DNA from: a virus
Taxonomy: Duplodnaviria; Heunggongvirae; Uroviricota; Caudoviricetes
Length of the DNA stretch: 64,000 nucleotides
Virus record (IMG/VR): IMGVR_UViG_3300044535_000502
Strand: one strand, 5' to 3'
Position 1 is the first letter of the stretch. Each line of letters begins with the position of its first letter. Shown one piece after another: positions 27,621 to 36,963 of this stretch. Position numbers and translations under genes: made by a program. Below the pieces are notes generated by a model. That model saw nothing but the letters and a program-made list of their open reading frames with translations. It did no database searches and was not told the DNA's origin.

Positions 27621-29273
27621 GTGGCACAATTTAATAAAGATATTGGTGCGCTAGATCCGAAGATTTCATCTCGATATGAGGTGATGATGTTGGCTAATAA
27701 CGCTAATGGTGATATCGTTTCTCTCTCAAATCCTTTACCAGTAACTCTTGGTTCAGAAAATATCACAATTACTGGAAACGTGAATTTTGTGGATACGGTT
27801 AATGTCGCAAGTTCGCCAGAAAACCCAGTTCATACACACATTACGGAAGTTGGCACAAGTGGTTTATTGACTGTATCTTATATGCCAATAGGCGGAAATG
27901 TTAACATTGGCACAGACGGCATCGTTAGTTTATCGGCAAACACATTGTCAGCATTGGAAAATACCACAGTTACTATCAGCGGCACTCCTACAGTTAACAT
28001 TGGCACTATGCCTGAGGTAGAGATTAAAAACGACAGCGGCAATCCTATACCTATTAGTGGTAATGTAAATGCTACCCTAACTGGCACCAGTGCTGTAACT
28101 TTGGGGGCAGCGGCCACTGATGCGTTTGGACGGTTGCGTGTAAGTAATCCATATACACTGTTCGATGGTGGTCTGCGTTACTTTGACAATACATACAAGT
28201 GGGACCAAGTGGACACAGGCTCTGTCACTTCCTCTTTCTTACCTAACGAAAGTTCTATTCTAATGAGCGCTACAGGAGCAGGATCGGCCATTCGTCAGAC
28301 TAAACAGGTATTTTCCTACCAGCCTGGTAAGAGTCTATTGGTTCTGTTGACCTTTGTTATGAACGCTCCTACCGCTGGCGTTACACAACGAGCAGGCTAT
28401 TTCGGAGCACAGAACGGCATCTACTTTGAAGTAGCAGACACCACAAAAAATCTAGTTATTAGAAAATACACTTCTGGTTCAGTAGATGACACTACGGAAA
28501 AATTCCCTCAAAGTTTGTGGAATGGTGATAAATTAGATGGAACTGGAGCCAGCGGAATAACATTAGATGTAACCAAAGCACAAATCTTCTGGACAGACAT
28601 AGAATGGTTAGGTGTAGGGACAGTTCGTTGTGGATTTGTGATTAACGGACAGTTCATCGTTTGTCACAGTTTTCATCATGCCAACATATTAAACAAGGTC
28701 TATATGACCAGTGCTACGTTACCCCTACGATATGAATTGATCAGCACTGGACCCGCAGCCTCAATGAGAGCAATCTGTAGTACAGTTATGTCGGAAGGCG
28801 GTTATAGTAATCGCAGTTTTACCCGTGCCATAGGAACAGCACTAACTGGTAAGGACCTCAGCAATACCGTGTACAGACCATTAGTCTGTTTACGCATGAA
28901 GTCAACAGCCCCGGACTCTATTGTAGTGCCCACTGCGTTCGATGTATTTGGACTACAACAAGCAGCCTTTTCATATCGCATTATTCTCAATCCCACATTG
29001 ACTGATGCTAATTGGACCAGTGCTGACACAGACAGTACAGTAGAGTATGACATCTCTGCTACAGCATTATCTGGCGGCAAAGTAATAACGCAAGGTGTAT
29101 TTGTAGGATCTAATAAGGGCGGATCCGCTCAAGTTACTAGCAACGAAATAGACTTTAGTCAACAGTTAGGTAGAACTATAGCAGGTGTATCAGACATATG
29201 GTGTTTGGCAGCAATAGCCACTACCAACAACGATGATGCTGTGGGCATTGTAAACTGGCAGGAACATAACTAA
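27621..29273 (+). CDS. large beta-rich protein, probably a virion structural protein or adhesin (possible GTG start)
   Basis: 550 aa. The N-terminus has short Thr/Gly/Asn/Val repeats (NVNIGTDG.., TVNIGTMP..), which suggest a beta-helix. The C-terminus looks jelly-roll-like. Confidence 0.35.
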   Translation: MAQFNKDIGALDPKISSRYEVMMLANNANGDIVSLSNPLPVTLGSENITITGNVNFVDTVNVASSPENPVHTHITEVGTSGLLTVSYMPIGGNVNIGTDGIVSLSANTLSALENTTVTISGTPTVNIGTMPEVEIKNDSGNPIPISGNVNATLTGTSAVTLGAAATDAFGRLRVSNPYTLFDGGLRYFDNTYKWDQVDTGSVTSSFLPNESSILMSATGAGSAIRQTKQVFSYQPGKSLLVLLTFVMNAPTAGVTQRAGYFGAQNGIYFEVADTTKNLVIRKYTSGSVDDTTEKFPQSLWNGDKLDGTGASGITLDVTKAQIFWTDIEWLGVGTVRCGFVINGQFIVCHSFHHANILNKVYMTSATLPLRYELISTGPAASMRAICSTVMSEGGYSNRSFTRAIGTALTGKDLSNTVYRPLVCLRMKSTAPDSIVVPTAFDVFGLQQAAFSYRIILNPTLTDANWTSADTDSTVEYDISATALSGGKVITQGVFVGSNKGGSAQVTSNEIDFSQQLGRTIAGVSDIWCLAAIATTNNDDAVGIVNWQEHN

Positions 29274-29299
29274 TTAACATAAAACAAAAAGGAAAAACC

Positions 29300-31093
29300 A
29301 TGTTCAACGATAAAATTCTAAAATCAGTGGCCGAAGCAGTGAAAGCTGTTGTGGACGAAGCACTGAAAGGCGATCAACACAAGATCGATAAAAACAAAAA
29401 CGGCAAAGTTGATGCACACGACTTCAAGTTGTTGCGCAAAGAGGAAGCCAAGAAGCCTGCTAGCCCATTTGACTGGAAGAATACTCCACGCCAAACTGCT
29501 GAAAAAGGTGAGAAGACTGGCCACGATGCTAAGAAAATCTCCACAGGCACTGTGTACACTAAGAAGTATACAAAAGAAGAAGCATCTCAAGAAGAGTTCA
29601 ACAAAGAGATCAAGATAGCACAAGACAAGTCCATTGGCAAGAGCAAAGCTGAAGTTGCAAAGCCTGCTGTGCAAGCTGTCAAGCAAGAATCTGTTGAACA
29701 ACTAGATGAACTGAGCAAGAAGACTCTTGGTAAATATATTAAGGCTGCCCGAGATAATGTGAGAAATAGATCATACATGATAGGACGTGATGTTTCTAAA
29801 CTTAAACCGTCCCCACAACATGTCCGTAAAGTTAAAAATTCAACTACTGGTATACAAAGAGCGGTAGATCGTTTGACTAAAGAAGAAGTTGAACAAATTG
29901 ATGAGTTAAGTAAGAAGACACTCGGTTCATACATCAATAAAGCTGTAAGCAGTGTAGCAAATAAAGATTATAATATTGGACGTCTGCACTTTGGCGACCA
30001 ACCTGAAAAAAAAGCTGATGTGAAACAGCAAGCCCGCGAAATAAAAAAAGATGAACGTGTGATTAAAAAGCGAAATCGCGGCGTTGATCGCGCTGTTAAA
30101 CGTTTGACTAGAGAAGAATATGAAAACTTAGATGAACTTGAATTTACTGTTGAAGATGTTGAAAACTTCATGCAAACTGAAGAATTTGAACAACTAGATG
30201 AACTGAGCAAGAAGACTCTTGGTAAATATATCAATAAAGCCCAAGGCAGGGTGAGGTATGCCGCACACGAGGTAGGTCATCATCTTACTACACTGGAACG
30301 AAATCGTAGGACGCCAGGAAACTTCCGTAGACTTAAAAATTCAACTACTGGTATACAAAGAGCGGTAGATCGTTTGACTAAAGAAGAAGTTGAACAAATT
30401 GATGAGTTAAGTAAGAAGACACTCGGTTCATACATCAATAAAGCTGTAAGAAGTCAAGCAGATAGAGAGCATAATATTGCAAGCGTGGCGTATGGTGCCC
30501 AACCTGAAAAAAAAGCTGATCAGGTTCGTAACGCCCGCGAAATGAAAGCAGATCAGCGTGTGATTAAAAAGCGAGACCGCGGCGTTAAAAAAGCTGTTAA
30601 ACGTTTGACTAGAGAAGAATATGAAAACTTAGATGAACTTGAATTTACTGTTGAAGATGTTGAAAACTTCATGCAAACTGAAGAATTTGAACAACTAGAT
30701 GAACTAAAGAAGTCTACACTAGCATCCTATGTCAAGAAAGCATCTCATGATGTTGCACACAAGGGCGCATTGACTCGTCAACATGCTAATGATTCAGAAG
30801 CTGCACGTAAAGATTCACGCTACAATGATGCTAGAAAGAGCATGGAGAAAGCAGATAAAACTTTTGCTAAGTCTTGGAAGCGCCGCGAAAACATGGGCAA
30901 AGCTGTTGATCGTTTAGCTAAGGAAGAAGTTGAGCAAATTGAAGAGCGTTCATTGACCACCGCTGAAAAGGCTGCATTGGAAAAGAATGTCAAAGGCATG
31001 AAGAAGAACATTGCTGGCTTCAAAGAGCGTTATGGCAAAGATGCTAAGTCTGTTATGTACGCTACGGCCACCAAGCAAGCCAAGGGAGAGTAA
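29300..31093 (+). CDS. Lys/Glu-rich internally repeated protein (EEVEQIDELSKKTLGSYINKA motif repeated five or more times)
   Basis: 597 aa. A strong ribosome-binding site AAAGGAAA is present. Two ~167-aa tandem units are nearly identical. Confidence 0.6.
   Translation: MFNDKILKSVAEAVKAVVDEALKGDQHKIDKNKNGKVDAHDFKLLRKEEAKKPASPFDWKNTPRQTAEKGEKTGHDAKKISTGTVYTKKYTKEEASQEEFNKEIKIAQDKSIGKSKAEVAKPAVQAVKQESVEQLDELSKKTLGKYIKAARDNVRNRSYMIGRDVSKLKPSPQHVRKVKNSTTGIQRAVDRLTKEEVEQIDELSKKTLGSYINKAVSSVANKDYNIGRLHFGDQPEKKADVKQQAREIKKDERVIKKRNRGVDRAVKRLTREEYENLDELEFTVEDVENFMQTEEFEQLDELSKKTLGKYINKAQGRVRYAAHEVGHHLTTLERNRRTPGNFRRLKNSTTGIQRAVDRLTKEEVEQIDELSKKTLGSYINKAVRSQADREHNIASVAYGAQPEKKADQVRNAREMKADQRVIKKRDRGVKKAVKRLTREEYENLDELEFTVEDVENFMQTEEFEQLDELKKSTLASYVKKASHDVAHKGALTRQHANDSEAARKDSRYNDARKSMEKADKTFAKSWKRRENMGKAVDRLAKEEVEQIEERSLTTAEKAALEKNVKGMKKNIAGFKERYGKDAKSVMYATATKQAKGE
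29836..30835 (+). repeat. ~500-bp tandem duplication (2 copies) within the 29300..31093 CDS
   Basis: Segments at about 29841-29950 and 30341-30450 are near-identical, as are 30003-30210 and 30503-30710. Confidence 0.7.
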
Positions 31094-31094
31094 T

Positions 31095-32762
31095 ATGAGA
31101 AGTTTCAAGCAGATTGCAAGTCTTGTCCGCGGTGAGGACATTTTGGAAGAGGGTAAAAAGTCTCTTGGAACAGGATGGATGCTGAAGGCTGATCCGAAGT
31201 TGGGAAAAGCTGTCAAAGATAAGCTCGACCTTGCTAAAAAACGTCAGGCAACTTATGGTGATAAATCTGCTGGCAAATCCATCAAAGAAGAAGAAACCAT
31301 TGAAGAAGCTGGTCTGTGGGACAACATTCATGCCAAGCGTGAAAGAATCAAAAAAGGTTCAGGTGAACGTATGCGTAAGCCTGGCTCAGAGGGTGCACCA
31401 TCCGAGAAGGATTTGAAAAACTCACAGACTAATGAAGAGGTTGAACTGGCCGAAGCTGACGCCAAAGACTATCACTCAGTACATGTCAATGGTCGTCACT
31501 GGAAAACATTTGATACCAAGTCTCATGCCGAGAACGTTGCAAAGAAAGTCAAAGGCGCTACAGTACATAAGTATGATGCTGAGAGACTGCAACAAAACTA
31601 TGGTGCAAAATCTGCGGCTAGAAATGCGGCACGTGGTAAGCAGTGGGATGAGTCTGTTGATGTTGAGCAACTAGATGAAATGCCTGGTGCTAACATGGAT
31701 ACCCGTGCTGTGCATCAACATCTGAAGAAGCGTGGTTGGAAACTTTCGCGCACATCAGGTAGCCACGATGTATACACACATCCAGAAGCAAAGCACCACA
31801 TTCCAGTTCCACGTCATCGTCAATTAAAGGCACCATTGGTCAAAGGTATTCTGAAACAAGCTGAAATCAATGAGCAAGCTGAATCGGATACCACCGAAAA
31901 AACTGAGATGGCCCAAACGCAACTACACTTCATCAAGTATGCCGCTGAAGAAATTCTTGAGTTCATTGAGATGGGTGGTGAAATTGAAGAGTGGTATCAG
32001 AACAAACTATCTAAAGTTCAAAGTGATGTAGAATCACTACACTCATACATTGAAGGTGAGTCTCGCCGTACAGGGATGAAGGAAGAAGTTGAGCAGATTG
32101 ATGAGTTGTCAAAGAAAACTCTTGGCTCCTATGTCAATAAAGCAATGGACAGCGCAAGAGAATTGCCTGGCACCGGCACAAACGCTGAGGCGAGTAAGAA
32201 GACAAAACGATACGCTGCTGTTTCTGCTGCTGCATATCGCACACAAGGTCTTGCACCAAGAAAAGGTACTGATATGTTTAAGAAGTACAAAGCTGAGAGT
32301 GTTGTGGCGGAAGAAGTTGGTCAAACTAGCAACTCCAACGAGAATCCGGACGCTGGTCGTTTCACATCCGGACCAGCTAAGAAGCCTGCGAAGCCTACAC
32401 CTATCATTACTGCTGAACAAACTGCAACAGACTTGGGTAAAGAGCGTTATGAGGTTCCATTTGATGGTCCTTATACCAAAAATACAACAAAAGTGACAAC
32501 AGACAAATCTGGCGCAAAACACACAGCAATGTCTAGAGTTAAGCACCTCGCAAAGACTGCTGCACGTAAACAAGCAGGTCTAAAAGAAGAGCAAGAGCCG
32601 GAAGATTCTTTTGAGAAAACAAGCACACCTGCGAAACGTTCACTGTCTAAGACTGCTGGCATCGTAAAAGATTTGGCTAAGAATTCTAAGTCATCTAGCA
32701 AAGAAAAAGCTGATACATTCCAAGCTGAACCTGAGCTATCATCACAGATCATCAAAACATAA
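31095..32762 (+). CDS. Lys/Glu-rich protein with an embedded HicA-toxin-like (YcfA) domain and one copy of the EEVEQIDELSKKTLGSY repeat
   Basis: Residues ~201-257 read KKRGWKLSRTSGSHDVYTHPEAKHHIPVPRHRQLKAPLVKGILKQAEI, which matches the HicA signature (GSH..HP..VP.H..L..g.L..IlkqA). The start was chosen at MRSFKQ, which has an AAGGGAGAG ribosome-binding site. Confidence 0.55.
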   Translation: MRSFKQIASLVRGEDILEEGKKSLGTGWMLKADPKLGKAVKDKLDLAKKRQATYGDKSAGKSIKEEETIEEAGLWDNIHAKRERIKKGSGERMRKPGSEGAPSEKDLKNSQTNEEVELAEADAKDYHSVHVNGRHWKTFDTKSHAENVAKKVKGATVHKYDAERLQQNYGAKSAARNAARGKQWDESVDVEQLDEMPGANMDTRAVHQHLKKRGWKLSRTSGSHDVYTHPEAKHHIPVPRHRQLKAPLVKGILKQAEINEQAESDTTEKTEMAQTQLHFIKYAAEEILEFIEMGGEIEEWYQNKLSKVQSDVESLHSYIEGESRRTGMKEEVEQIDELSKKTLGSYVNKAMDSARELPGTGTNAEASKKTKRYAAVSAAAYRTQGLAPRKGTDMFKKYKAESVVAEEVGQTSNSNENPDAGRFTSGPAKKPAKPTPIITAEQTATDLGKERYEVPFDGPYTKNTTKVTTDKSGAKHTAMSRVKHLAKTAARKQAGLKEEQEPEDSFEKTSTPAKRSLSKTAGIVKDLAKNSKSSSKEKADTFQAEPELSSQIIKT

Positions 32763-32788
32763 ATAAACAATAACAAAAGGAGTCATAA

Positions 32789-33349
32789 ATGACACTATGG
32801 GCAAAATCAGATTCAAGCAACGCGGCACCAAAACACGCAGGCGTTGCAGCTACTAACAATGCAAACGGAGCAACACTGTTTGGTAGCACAACTATCGGTG
32901 CATTCACACCTAGACAAGCTGTTGGCATTTTCGGTGTTGACAGTACTGAACAGGGCGTTGCGGCTAATCCAAAAGGAGCACACGCAGGTTGGGTTGTTGT
33001 AAAGCAAGGCACAGGTCCTGTTGCAACACTTACAGCGAATGCAAGTTCATACTCACCTGACGGTAACGTATTCTTGACATTCACTGGCGGTGGCACAGGT
33101 AACACTTCCGCTAACGCACGTATCGTTACAAACGGTGCAAAGTTGATTACTGGTATTACACTGACAACTGGTGGTAACTACTTGGCTGCACCAACAATCG
33201 GCGCGGTGCCAAACTCTAACGTATCAATTACAATCACCATGGGTGGTCGTGTCGGGCGCGAACACACAGAGACTCTTGTTGCTATGGGCAGCATCGGTCA
33301 AGCAGGTGTTGCTGACGCTTCCGATGACACAGTGTTTGCAGACAGCTAA
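32789..33349 (+). CDS. Gly/Thr/Ala-rich protein, probably structural
   Basis: 186 aa. A strong AAGGAG ribosome-binding site is present. Low-complexity G/T/A/N composition. Confidence 0.4.
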   Translation: MTLWAKSDSSNAAPKHAGVAATNNANGATLFGSTTIGAFTPRQAVGIFGVDSTEQGVAANPKGAHAGWVVVKQGTGPVATLTANASSYSPDGNVFLTFTGGGTGNTSANARIVTNGAKLITGITLTTGGNYLAAPTIGAVPNSNVSITITMGGRVGREHTETLVAMGSIGQAGVADASDDTVFADS

Positions 33350-33711
33350 TGAATTTCAAAGAATTCATCACGGAGTCAATGGATGGTGGAGATGAAGTCT
33401 CCATTGACTCAGTAACGCAGGGTAAACTCAATCTGTTGTTGATGGTTGAGCTAACTCAGCCTGTCTTGACACCAGAATCGGGTATCGCAAAGATTCGTAA
33501 AATACTTTATCTTGAGGGAATCGCATTTGAGTCCCTTTATGATTTGAACACTGAAGGTGAAGAATTAGCAACACACTTATCTGGCGATAGTTTTCTGTAT
33601 ATTCTGTATTATCCAACGGATGATGGATACTATGATTTTTATGCTGAGATTATGGATGAAAGTGGTGTAGAGCAAGCAATGTCTGAACTGGAAGGGGAAG
33701 ACGAAAGCTAA
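33349..33711 (+). CDS. hypothetical acidic protein
   Basis: 120 aa, highly acidic. TAATG coupling. Confidence 0.35.
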   Translation: MNFKEFITESMDGGDEVSIDSVTQGKLNLLLMVELTQPVLTPESGIAKIRKILYLEGIAFESLYDLNTEGEELATHLSGDSFLYILYYPTDDGYYDFYAEIMDESGVEQAMSELEGEDES

Positions 33712-33712
33712 A

Positions 33713-34105
33713 ATGTCTTTTGATGATTTGACTAGTGAGAACATCCTACTATATGCAGTCAAGGCTTATGATAAGCCTAATTGCATTATGAGTGAGTTCA
33801 AAGAAGACATGAAGCGGTTCAATTATTTGAAGCGCCTGTTCTATCGTTATCGAAAAGAAGGCGAGATGCGTGAGCGTCTTGTCATCAATCACTTGATAGT
33901 GCTATACAATGTTTTTGGTGTTGAAGTTGCTACTAGAATGTTGTTTTTCAAGGTACATAAAGAGGATTACCACACACTCAAAACATATCTGCTGTTTCTA
34001 AATTACATGCCGAGTGTTGTTATGGGTATTAGAGGCAATAACATCATATCGTCAGACATAGATGTTGACATGAAAGTTGCTGAGGTTCTTAGGGAAATAA
34101 AATGA
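33713..34105 (+). CDS. hypothetical protein
   Basis: 130 aa ORF. Confidence 0.35.
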   Translation: MSFDDLTSENILLYAVKAYDKPNCIMSEFKEDMKRFNYLKRLFYRYRKEGEMRERLVINHLIVLYNVFGVEVATRMLFFKVHKEDYHTLKTYLLFLNYMPSVVMGIRGNNIISSDIDVDMKVAEVLREIK

Positions 34106-34434
34106 CAATAAAAGAAGATGCTCCAACAAACTCTGTAGGTGGTGGTAATGTAGCTGGTATCGGTGTGCCAAACCCTAATATTCCAAATCAAGCTGAACCA
34201 GGCATTAAACGTAAGAAGTTTGCTGGTTCTACCGTATTCACTGTGCCATCCAAATCCTTTGTCATGGCTAAGATGCTGAAACGTAAGGGCGCCAGATTTG
34301 AATCCTATCTTGGTGATTCTGGTGTGTCCAAAGAGATTGCAGACTATGCTAATGCCAACTGGAAAGAAGGCATTGTGCTAGAAGATGAACAAACTGGTGC
34401 AATGGTATACCTGAGATACGGCAGAGGCAACTAA
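34102..34434 (+). CDS. hypothetical protein
   Basis: 110 aa. ATGA overlap with the upstream gene. Confidence 0.35.
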   Translation: MTIKEDAPTNSVGGGNVAGIGVPNPNIPNQAEPGIKRKKFAGSTVFTVPSKSFVMAKMLKRKGARFESYLGDSGVSKEIADYANANWKEGIVLEDEQTGAMVYLRYGRGN

Positions 34435-34435
34435 A

Positions 34436-34891
34436 ATGTGGATTTTGCAATGGCTTCCTAACTGGATTTTCTATGCTTGCTTTTTAGCTGGTGTATTAGG
34501 TCTTGCTGCAACTTTTGTCATGAAGTTCATTCCGTTTGTATATGTCTATAAGACACCGATACAGATGGTGTCTATTATTTTGATAGCATTGGGCACTTAC
34601 ATGGCAGGTGCAATCAGTAACAACGAACAGTGGGAAGCAAGAGTTAAGGAACTTCAAATCAAAGTCGCTGAAGCGCAAGCCAAAGCTGCGGAAGAGAATG
34701 TCAAAATTGTTGAGAAAGTGGTCAACAATACAAAGATCGTTAAAGAGCGTGGTGAAGAAGTTATCAAGTATGTTGACAAAGAGGTTATCAAGTACGACAC
34801 AAAATTTATCGCTGGCGGTGAGTGTGAAATACCTAAAGAATTCATAATTTCACTGAACAAAGCAGCAACACCGCCGGATGCAAAAAAATGA
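34436..34891 (+). CDS. i-spanin-like protein (N-terminal transmembrane segments plus a periplasmic coiled coil)
   Basis: N-terminal hydrophobic segments followed by EQWEARVKELQIKVAEAQAKAAEENVKIVEK, a coiled coil. It is followed by an overlapping lipoprotein gene. Confidence 0.5.
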   Translation: MWILQWLPNWIFYACFLAGVLGLAATFVMKFIPFVYVYKTPIQMVSIILIALGTYMAGAISNNEQWEARVKELQIKVAEAQAKAAEENVKIVEKVVNNTKIVKERGEEVIKYVDKEVIKYDTKFIAGGECEIPKEFIISLNKAATPPDAKK

Positions 34892-35154
34892 AATCAATCA
34901 TAACATGCTTTATGGTATTTCTGTTGGTGGGTTGTTCAACAACTGTGCCCGTCACTATGAAATTTCCAGATGCTCCACTTATGCTGAAACAAAAATGTGC
35001 TCCACTGAAGCTGTTAGCTGAGGACGCAAAGTTGAGTGATATTGCAAAAAATGTTACCGAGAATTACAACATGTATTATAGCTGTGCAGTCAAAATGGAT
35101 GCATGGATTGAGTGGCATGAAAAACAACAAAAAATATTTGAGGTGTTACAATAA
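34888..35154 (+). CDS. o-spanin-like outer-membrane lipoprotein
   Basis: A signal peptide with the lipobox LLVGC|S. 88 aa. ATGA overlap with the i-spanin-like gene. Directly upstream of the endolysin. Confidence 0.5.
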   Translation: MKSIITCFMVFLLVGCSTTVPVTMKFPDAPLMLKQKCAPLKLLAEDAKLSDIAKNVTENYNMYYSCAVKMDAWIEWHEKQQKIFEVLQ

Positions 35155-35780
35155 TGGAACTAACTAAAGACCAACTAAGGAAACTTCTACCGAAGAATCC
35201 ATACATCGACAACTGGCATGCCGCGCTGTCACAATTGCTGCCTGATTATAACATCAATACACCACAGCGTATCGCAGCATTTGTTGCACAGTGTGCCCAT
35301 GAGTCTGGTAACTTCATGGTACTCAAAGAAAATCTGAATTATAAGGCTGTAACTCTACGCAAGATTTTTCCAAAGTATTTTCCAACTGATGCTATGGCAA
35401 ACGAATATGCAAGTAAGCCAAACAAGCAGGAAGCTATTGCTAATCTGGTGTATGCTAATCGTATGGGCAATGGTGCACCAGAAACTGGTGACGGCTGGCG
35501 CTATGCTGGCAAGGGCTTGATTCAATTGACGGGCAAGAGCAACTACACATGGTTTGCAGAATCTCTACAAATTTCAGTAGAAGATGCGTCCGAATATCTG
35601 TTGACGTTTGAAGGTGCTGCACAATCAGCTTGCTGGTTCTGGGAAACAAACAATCTGAATCAGTGGGCTGACAAGGGTGATATTGTTACATTGACAAAGC
35701 GAATCAACGGCGGCACTATTGGTCTTGAGGATCGTATCAAGCATTATGAACATGCGCTCCATGTCTTGGGAGCACACTAA
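35154..35780 (+). CDS. endolysin, glycoside hydrolase family 19 (chitinase-like lysozyme)
   Basis: GH19 signature: ...AQCAHESGNF... and GKGLIQLTGKSNY. 208 aa. Confidence 0.75.
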   Translation: MELTKDQLRKLLPKNPYIDNWHAALSQLLPDYNINTPQRIAAFVAQCAHESGNFMVLKENLNYKAVTLRKIFPKYFPTDAMANEYASKPNKQEAIANLVYANRMGNGAPETGDGWRYAGKGLIQLTGKSNYTWFAESLQISVEDASEYLLTFEGAAQSACWFWETNNLNQWADKGDIVTLTKRINGGTIGLEDRIKHYEHALHVLGAH

Positions 35781-36073
35781 TGAACAGTGATGTGAAATTA
35801 TTTAAGTGGCTAGGTGTATTAATTCTTTTACCTCTAGCACTAGCTATTTTTGGTGGTGATAGATTTCGCTATCCTTGCCAAAATCCAGAAAACTGGGATA
35901 AACCAGTTTGTCAAAAACCAGCATGTGATGTGACAAGAACTTGCCCTGAACATGTATTCAAAGGGCAGAGAGACCCTAGATTAGGACCACCAGATGAAAA
36001 TAAAAATGTTTTGGGAGCAGTTGCGCCAGCGACTTGCCCAGCGCCAGCTAAAGGAGAAGCCTGTGCAAAATAA
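35780..36073 (+). CDS. small Cys-rich membrane-anchored or secreted protein
   Basis: An N-terminal hydrophobic segment (LGVLILLPLALAIFGG) and 7 Cys in 97 aa. TAATG coupling to the endolysin. Confidence 0.35.
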   Translation: MNSDVKLFKWLGVLILLPLALAIFGGDRFRYPCQNPENWDKPVCQKPACDVTRTCPEHVFKGQRDPRLGPPDENKNVLGAVAPATCPAPAKGEACAK

Positions 36074-36077
36074 TGTA

Positions 36078-36542
36078 ATGTACACCGAAGAGCAATTGAT
36101 GGCCCGATTGAAGTTTTTCATCGGCGTATGTCTTGCATTGACTCTAACTGGTATCGTATTTGTTGTGTTGTACTCACTAATTTTTGTGACACAACCACTG
36201 AATGCTATCAGCCCAATTGATCAGAAATTCTTTGAGTTGATTGTGCCTATTGCCACTTTCTTGACTGGTACACTATCAGGCATTATGCTTGCTGGCGGCA
36301 CTAAAGAAGAGAATGATGCAAAGATGGCTATGATGAAGCAAGCACAAGATAATGCTAATTCGGCCGCTAAGAATACTGTTGAGTTTGCAAGAGTACAAGC
36401 TGAGCCTGCTAAAGCATCTGTAGCACCTGTTATGAGAGCAGAGACATCTTTCAATGTTGAAGCACCTGCACCAGCTGGACAAGTTATCATGGGCTACGGC
36501 GGCAAGCCAGCACCTGCACCTGCACCACAGCCGGAGCTATAA
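36078..36542 (+). CDS. membrane protein (2 transmembrane segments, Ala/Pro-rich tail); holin candidate
   Basis: The start was chosen at MYTEEQ. Two hydrophobic helices are followed by PAPAPAPQPEL. Confidence 0.35.
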   Translation: MYTEEQLMARLKFFIGVCLALTLTGIVFVVLYSLIFVTQPLNAISPIDQKFFELIVPIATFLTGTLSGIMLAGGTKEENDAKMAMMKQAQDNANSAAKNTVEFARVQAEPAKASVAPVMRAETSFNVEAPAPAGQVIMGYGGKPAPAPAPQPEL

Positions 36543-36775
36543 TGCTAAACGGGATGCTAGACGACTCACATAACAATTCTCTTAGTAGTAAGAGAGTTGT
36601 GACTTTTCTAGCATTTGTGTTATGTGGTACAGCATTCATTGCTAATCTATTTTGGGACTACAAAGTGGAATCATACATGTTTGAGGGTATGATATATTTG
36701 ACAATGGCTGGTCTTGGATTCACTGCATCTGAGAAATTCGCATCTATAAATAAGAAAACGGAGAAAAACTCATGA
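36542..36775 (+). CDS. small membrane protein
   Basis: 77 aa with 2 predicted transmembrane segments. TAATG coupling. Confidence 0.35.
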   Translation: MLNGMLDDSHNNSLSSKRVVTFLAFVLCGTAFIANLFWDYKVESYMFEGMIYLTMAGLGFTASEKFASINKKTEKNS

Positions 36776-36963
36776 AAAAACTAATTGCATCACTTGTGTT
36801 GGCTTTTGCACTGATTCCAGCATATGCAACGGACAAACAACCAGAAACTAAAAAAGTTTGCGTTGAAGAAAAAGACGCAAAATCTGGTAAAGTAAAAGAA
36901 GTCTGCAAGACAATCAAGATTCATAAGAAACTTGAAGGCACTAAAGTTCCAGAGAAAAAATAA
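36772..36963 (+). CDS. small secreted Lys-rich protein
   Basis: Signal peptide MKKLIASLVLAFALIPAYA. 63 aa. Confidence 0.35.
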   Translation: MKKLIASLVLAFALIPAYATDKQPETKKVCVEEKDAKSGKVKEVCKTIKIHKKLEGTKVPEKK

